Source of the DNA: Chrysomallon squamiferum
Lineage: Eukaryota; Animalia; Mollusca
Length of the DNA stretch: 64,000 nucleotides
Reading direction: 5' to 3'
Assembly: GCA_012295275.1 (NCBI GenBank)
Contig: CM022665.1
Span: forward strand, 5,394,001 to 5,458,000
Below, piece by piece: positions 60,901 through 64,000 of the stretch; within the stretch, counting starts at the first letter, position 1; each line of letters starts with the position of its first letter. The notes below the pieces were generated by a model that was given only the letters and a program-made list of their open reading frames with translations, ran no database searches and had not been told where the DNA came from. The translations under genes and the position numbers were made by a program.

Positions 60901-62036
60901 CACCTGTTTATTTTGATTCTGAAAATGTCTAAACCATTTTTATATATATTCCTATATGTATTCCTGTGTTATCATTCTCACTGCATTTACTAACATAAGG
61001 AAAATCTGCTGTATCAATTTCAGGTCACGTTTATTCGTGGGGCATGGGCACAAATAAGCAACTTGCAGCAGGAGAAAATGAGCAAGATGCCTATCAACCA
61101 CAAATCATTCAAAGCAAACAGATGTCAGACAGGTACACATTATTAAACACAGATATCAGACAGATACACATTAAACACAGAGATCAGACAGGTACACATT
61201 ATTAAACACAGATATCAGACAGATACACATTATTAAACACAGATATCAGACAGAGACATTATTAAACACAGATATCAGACAGGATACACATTAAACACAG
61301 AAATCGGACAGATAGACATTAAACACAGATATCGGACAGATACACATTATTAAACACAGATATCAGACAGATACATATTAGTTTTGTAAATTTGTTTATC
61401 AGTGACTGTTTTAATTAAACACAGATATCAGTGAGATGATATGTTTGTTTACAGTGTCTGTTTTACACATTATTAAACAGATATGGTATATTTGTTTACT
61501 AACACAGATTTTAGACAGATACACATTAAACACATATTTGTTTATTAGTGACATTGTTTTAACTGAAATCAGACAGATTTGTTTGTTTCAGGTGTGATCA
61601 GAATGGTTGACATTATTAAACATATCAGACAGATACACATTATTAAACACAGATATATCAGACCAGTGACATGTTATAAACACAGATATCAGACAGGTAC
61701 ACATTAAAAACAGATAACACAGGAACAAATAGTGACGTATATTTGTTTACTAGTGACTGTTTTAATTGTTAGTGACATGGTATATTTGTTTACTAGTGAC
61801 AGTGTTTTAACTGTTAGTGACATGGTCTATTTGTTTACTAGTGACTGTTTTAATTGTTAGTGACATTGTATATTTGTTTATTAGTGACAGTGTTTTAACT
61901 GTTTGTTTGTGACACAGTATTTGTTTGTTTCAGGTGTGGTCTAATGGTTGTCACTTGGAAACACATGGTCTATATCTGTCTCATAAAACAGCATAGACTT
62001 GACATGTTAGCATGTAATACAGGCAGTATGCTATAA
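54927..62036 (+). CDS. RCC1: Regulator of chromosome condensation 1 (RanGEF, 7-bladed beta-propeller)
   Basis: Exons 54927-55011, 55730-55917, 57037-57216, 57330-57474, 58097-58168, 58673-58831, 59278-59394, 60321-60479, 61024-61132 and a doubtful last exon from 61934. Phases are compatible. Motifs [62 protein letters not shown] and WGMGTNKQL are collinear with RCC1, and the N-terminal tail is basic and NLS-like. Confidence 0.93.
58172..58416. repeat. 30-bp minisatellite in RCC1 intron
   Basis: About 8 copies of tatctcacatctacatcagtgttaacacwtt. Confidence 0.95.
58818..59145. repeat. 30-bp minisatellite derived from the RCC1 exon/donor junction
   Basis: Unit gattatatcagttatgtgagtaacttgttt. 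The last copy, tatttccagttaggtgagt at ~59123, duplicates the true exon end plus donor. Confidence 0.9.
61115..61930. repeat. Minisatellites in the last RCC1 intron
   Basis: 27-30 bp aaacacagatatcagacag(g/a)tacacattatt units, followed by ~43-bp tagtgacatggtatatttgtttactagtgactgttttaattgt units. Confidence 0.88.
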
Positions 62037-62974
62037 ATGCTAACTGGAACAAATAGCTCACATATGCTATCTATATCTGTCGCATGTAAACAGTGCTATC
62101 TATATCTGTCACATGTAAACACTGCTATCTATATCTGTCACATGTAAACACTGCTATCTATATCTGTCACATGTAATTAAATACTGTAGCTTTTACTGTC
62201 ACAATTAAATACAATATCTTTAATTGTCATTGTAATTACATAATCTAGTTTAACTGTTAAATGTAATTACATATCTATAACTAGTCAATATAATTACCTA
62301 CTGTGTCTTATTGTCATTACAAACTGCATCATAGTCATTATGATTACATACTATAACTTAGTCAAAAATAATTACTGTAATTTTGAAATTCCATATCTGC
62401 ATCTTACTCATTGCGTATTTGTTAACATACTATAACTTTAGTCATTATAATTACATACTCTGGTTTAAGTTCAGTGTAATTAGATATTATAACTTTAGTC
62501 ATTGTAATTGCATACTGAAATAAAAGTCAGCATCATAGAATGCTTTAAAACCATGGTGAAGTTCATTACATATCACTAACTGTAATCACATAATGCTGAT
62601 CATTTTCTGTAATTTTACTCTGTCAGTCCCGTCCACAATTAATTAAGAAACTGAAATTTTATGATGGTGTAAAAAAAAATTTTTTATACTACTAATAATA
62701 ATATTTCTGTGTAATAAAAATCACTGAGAATTTTTTTTTTTTTTTTTTTTTTTACTAACCCGACCCAATAAAGACACTAAAAACGTTGCATGCATAAAGA
62801 CAAGACAAGCTTTTAGGCTGGGAGAGTGCTGTAGAGATCTGTACCATTTTCTATGTCTATACGCATACCTTCTAATTCAATTAGCGTGAACACATTGACG
62901 ATTTGGTGTCCATGTTCAAAAATGACAAACTCTTCCTGCCATAACTTCTCTGGCACGTGCTGAGAATACAAAAC

Positions 62975-63805
62975 CTGTGTTTTAATTATGATTTTACGTG
63001 TAAACTGTGTTTTAATTATTTCACGTCAAATCATTTTAATTATTTCATCTGAACTCTGTGTTTAAATTACTTTCACATGTAAACTGTTTTAATTATTTCT
63101 GGTTTAAGTCTGTGTTTTAATTATTTAACGTCAAAGCTGTTTTAATTATTTCAGCATCAAAGCTGTGTTTTGAATTATTTCACATATAAACTGTTTTAAT
63201 TATTTAATGGTGAAATCAGTTTAATAATTTCACTCTGTAAACTGGGTTTTAATTATTTCAAATGTAAACTGTGTTTTAATTATTTCAAGTGAAATGAAAA
63301 AAATTATTTGTAGTGTAAACTGTTTTAATTATTTCACATGTAAACTGTTTTAATTATTTAAAATGTAAACTGTTTTAATTATTTCAACTAAAAACTGTGT
63401 CATTAATTAATTTCAAGTAGAATGCTGTGATTTTAATTTTATTTCACATGTAAACTGTTTTAATTATTTAAAATGTAAACTGTTTTAATTATTTCAAAAA
63501 TGACAAACTCTTCTTAATTATTTCTCGTGAATGCTGTGTTTTAATTACAAAACATGTAAACTGTTTTAATTATTTCAAATGTAAACTGTTTTAATTATTT
63601 CAAGTGAAAGCTGTGTTTTAATTATTTCACGTGAAAACTGTTTTAATTATTTCAAATGTAAGCTGCGTTTTAATTATTTCAAGTGTAAACTGTTTTAATT
63701 ATTTCAAGTGTAAATTGTTTTAATTATTTCAAGTGAAAGCTGTGTATTATTTCACGAATAAACTGTTTTAATTATTTCACGTTTAAACTGTGTTTTAATT
63801 ATTAA
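62975..63805. repeat. 25-27 bp AT-rich satellite array
   Basis: Many degenerate copies of aaactg(tg)ttttaattatttcacatgt. Confidence 0.92.
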
Positions 63806-64000
63806 ATCAGAACTTATAAACTGATTTTGTTTGTTTTCTGTTCTTAGTAAATTAGAACTATTTTAGATTTTCAGACTTTCAGTTTAATTTGTTCTTTTGG
63901 AGATAACATCCTGAATTCTTTGATGTCAGCTGTAATGAAAACAGGGTTTTGTACTGGGTGTACATGTATCCTCAATAGATAAGTCATTAAATATCCCAGT

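Noticed and set aside
58172-63805. Regular 25-30 bp repeats as a possible CRISPR array
   Set aside because: The units are head-to-tail with no unique spacers, there are no cas genes, and the context is a eukaryotic intron or flank.

Overview
AT-rich, microsatellite-dense animal genomic DNA with spliceosomal GT-AG introns, probably an invertebrate and plausibly a mollusc. Positions 1-49.4 kb hold a cluster of 13 paralogous genes and pseudogenes for small secreted precursors, in six subfamilies I label A-F. Each is built as signal peptide, hypervariable mostly cationic Arg/Pro/Trp- or His-rich peptide, a G-R, G-K-R or A-R processing site, and an acidic C-terminal region. This is a linear antimicrobial-peptide (AMP)-type architecture. 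After manual splicing, the acidic region of subfamily D carries two canonical-looking EF-hand Ca2+-binding loops (DENEDGFLDEME and DENGDNRLSVDE), which are degenerate to varying degrees in the other subfamilies. A ~10-10.5 kb block (C-, D+, E-, plus a Cys-rich prokineticin/astakine-like gene) is tandemly triplicated at about 15.0-46.2 kb, with different genes broken in each copy. A multi-exon RCC1 gene lies at 54.9-62 kb, and several of its introns begin with minisatellites at the splice donors. All gene models were spliced by eye, no database search was run, and some frameshifts may be assembly errors.
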